This document shows positions 22,519 through 24,000 of a DNA stretch of 24,000 bases, in pieces; position 1 is the first letter of the stretch, and each line of letters begins with the position of its first letter. The stretch comes from Alcanivorax sp. (GTDB lineage Bacteria; Pseudomonadota; Gammaproteobacteria; Pseudomonadales; Alcanivoracaceae), in contig NZ_CP080267.1 of NCBI RefSeq assembly GCF_019431375.1, forward strand, positions 794,080-818,079, read 5' to 3'. The translations under genes and the position numbers were made by a program. Below the pieces are notes generated by a model that made no database searches, was not told the DNA's origin, and worked only from the letters and a program-made list of their open reading frames with translations.

Positions 22519-24000
22519 TTAGAAGCGAGTTCTGAATGCCAGCCCCAGAATCGTTACCGTCGCTTCGGTCTTGATATCCAGACCGGCATAGGGGTTATAC
22601 ACCACATTGTCGATACCCGTGCAGTTAGCGGCACAGCTGGTGTTGGCAGGAATTTCATCCTTGCTGCGCAGCTGGGCGATGCCCAGGTCGATATCGGTCT
22701 CCTTGTCCCATTTATAGCCAAGACCAAGACTGTAATACTTCGCCTCATTGATCGGCACCATCGGGCTGCGGCGGTCTTCCGGAATCGCTGATGCTCGCGG
22801 CTCGTAGCCGGCTCGAAGCTGGATACGCCCAGTCAGGTCATAGGAAGCGCCAAATGCCAGATTCCAGGTGGACTGAAAATTCAGTGGGTAGCTTAACCGT
22901 GTCGAGGTGGAACCCGGCGAAAACAGGCGCGCCAGACTGAGTACCGCAGAACTGCGATCAAAGGTAAAGTCGAAGGAATCCCACTCCTTGTAATCGGCCC
23001 AGACTGCATCCACATTGAATTGCAATCTTTCCGTGGGCCGCACTTTGATACCAGTCTGGAAAGTCGCGGGCATGGTCAGATCCATACTCACGCGGCCCAC
23101 CTCTTCTGCCCCGATTCTGGAGGGTATACCCAAGACAGCCAGGGCAATCGCACCGGTTGGTGAGCCACCAATGCCGTTGATCGTTTCCTGGGTCGCATTG
23201 CTATAACTTATTTTGTAGTCCCCCCGCATATGGGTCTTGGCCGGAGAGCGCCACACGGCCCCCCATGCAAAACGTTCATGGGGCTCCCATAGCACCCCAA
23301 GATTGTAAGAAGGACTAAAACGCTGATCCATGGCCACATCCAGTGATGCCAAGTTCTTGAATGGACCCAAGCCCTCCTCCGGGCGACAGACACCAAAAAG
23401 AATCAGATCCAGAGCAATATTGGATTCACCTTTGAAAGGCGCACAAATACTTTCATCCAGCACCCGCGCAAACCCCAGCAGCTCATTGGGGGCACGAAAA
23501 TCCTGTTCCAGGGCCACTGCCTGGAAGCTCATGCCGATGGAGGCACCGATCGATAGCTCATCATTTACCCGGTAGCCCACTGAAGGGGAAAGATAAGTAA
23601 TTCGCTCCAACGCTACGCGCTCACCCATGAAGTTACCTACGTCATCTTCATCCCGATAAAAACCGGCAGCCATAGGCAAATAGGTAGCCGTACCAAAAGT
23701 GAATTTGGAGCCAGCAGGACGGATTGAAAAGGCTGGCAGTGGACCTGCGATAAGAGGCCCGGGTGGCAGATCTACCGTGTCATTGATAAAAGGAACATAG
23801 AGGGAAATACCCTCAATCGTACTGGTCGCTGTTTTGAAATCCCGACAGAAATCCACACCATCATTGGGAGCATCGTTACAGACAACGGGATCATCCGAAA
23901 AGCCGAAAACGTTATACCCCGGAGGCGCAGAAAACTCCGACTCAAGACTGAAATCAGCACCGAGAAACTGCAGATCCATCCTGCGACCATCTAGCTTGGC
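22519..24000 (-). CDS. FadL/TodX/OmpP1-family outer-membrane hydrophobic-compound channel, 5'-partial
   Basis: Ends in ...ILGLAFRTRF (OMP C-terminal Phe). FadL-like pattern RAGYEPRASAIPEDRRSPMVPINEAKYYSLGLGYKW. No signal peptide at the listed Met 23979, and the frame stays open to position 24000, so the true start is outside the window. Confidence 0.7.
   Translation of the reverse strand, partial: AKLDGRRMDLQFLGADFSLESEFSAPPGYNVFGFSDDPVVCNDAPNDGVDFCRDFKTATSTIEGISLYVPFINDTVDLPPGPLIAGPLPAFSIRPAGSKFTFGTATYLPMAAGFYRDEDDVGNFMGERVALERITYLSPSVGYRVNDELSIGASIGMSFQAVALEQDFRAPNELLGFARVLDESICAPFKGESNIALDLILFGVCRPEEGLGPFKNLASLDVAMDQRFSPSYNLGVLWEPHERFAWGAVWRSPAKTHMRGDYKISYSNATQETINGIGGSPTGAIALAVLGIPSRIGAEEVGRVSMDLTMPATFQTGIKVRPTERLQFNVDAVWADYKEWDSFDFTFDRSSAVLSLARLFSPGSTSTRLSYPLNFQSTWNLAFGASYDLTGRIQLRAGYEPRASAIPEDRRSPMVPINEAKYYSLGLGYKWDKETDIDLGIAQLRSKDEIPANTSCAANCTGIDNVVYNPYAGLDIKTEATVTILGLAFRTRF

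Overview
Nearly all genes in this window are on the minus strand. It looks like a REP-rich gammaproteobacterial chromosome with a Pseudomonas/Marinobacter-type propionate locus. That assignment is inference; no database search was possible.

Layout, left to right:
(1) 1-3430: a GC-rich, translationally coupled operon of three signal-peptide proteins of unknown function. All three share a short box just after the signal peptide. The first ORF (1-1153) runs off the window and is missing from the supplied ORF track.
(2) 3632-9482: an accessory / mobile-element patch. It holds an IS-truncated paralogue of the first gene, a decayed IS3 remnant abutted by an IS5-family element, a frameshifted parE, and an orphan vapB. 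It also holds an MNT/HEPN pair split by a 160-bp element bounded by inverted repeats, a 292-bp MITE with IS5-like ends, two 157-bp TIR repeats, and an AbiEii/MenT-like nucleotidyltransferase with a 73-aa partner.
(3) 9483-19457: a methylcitrate-cycle locus (GntR regulator, prpB, prpC, acnD, prpF, prpD) that is visibly rearranged. acnD lacks about 300 codons and is frameshifted. A DUF559 gene with GC-rich palindromic repeats sits between acnD and prpF. The prpF-prpD junction is duplicated, which creates a chimeric prpD'::'prpF ORF and carries an MntA/HepT toxin-antitoxin cassette.
(4) 19549-24000: two lipoproteins and a FadL/TodX-like outer-membrane protein (5'-partial).

A palindromic REP family (core gcttgcaagc...ctcctaca) fills most intergenic spacers.

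The best candidates for something undescribed are the secreted three-gene operon, the small-partner AbiEii module, and the FadL-plus-lipoprotein cluster. All family names come from motifs I recognised by eye and need HMM/BLAST confirmation.
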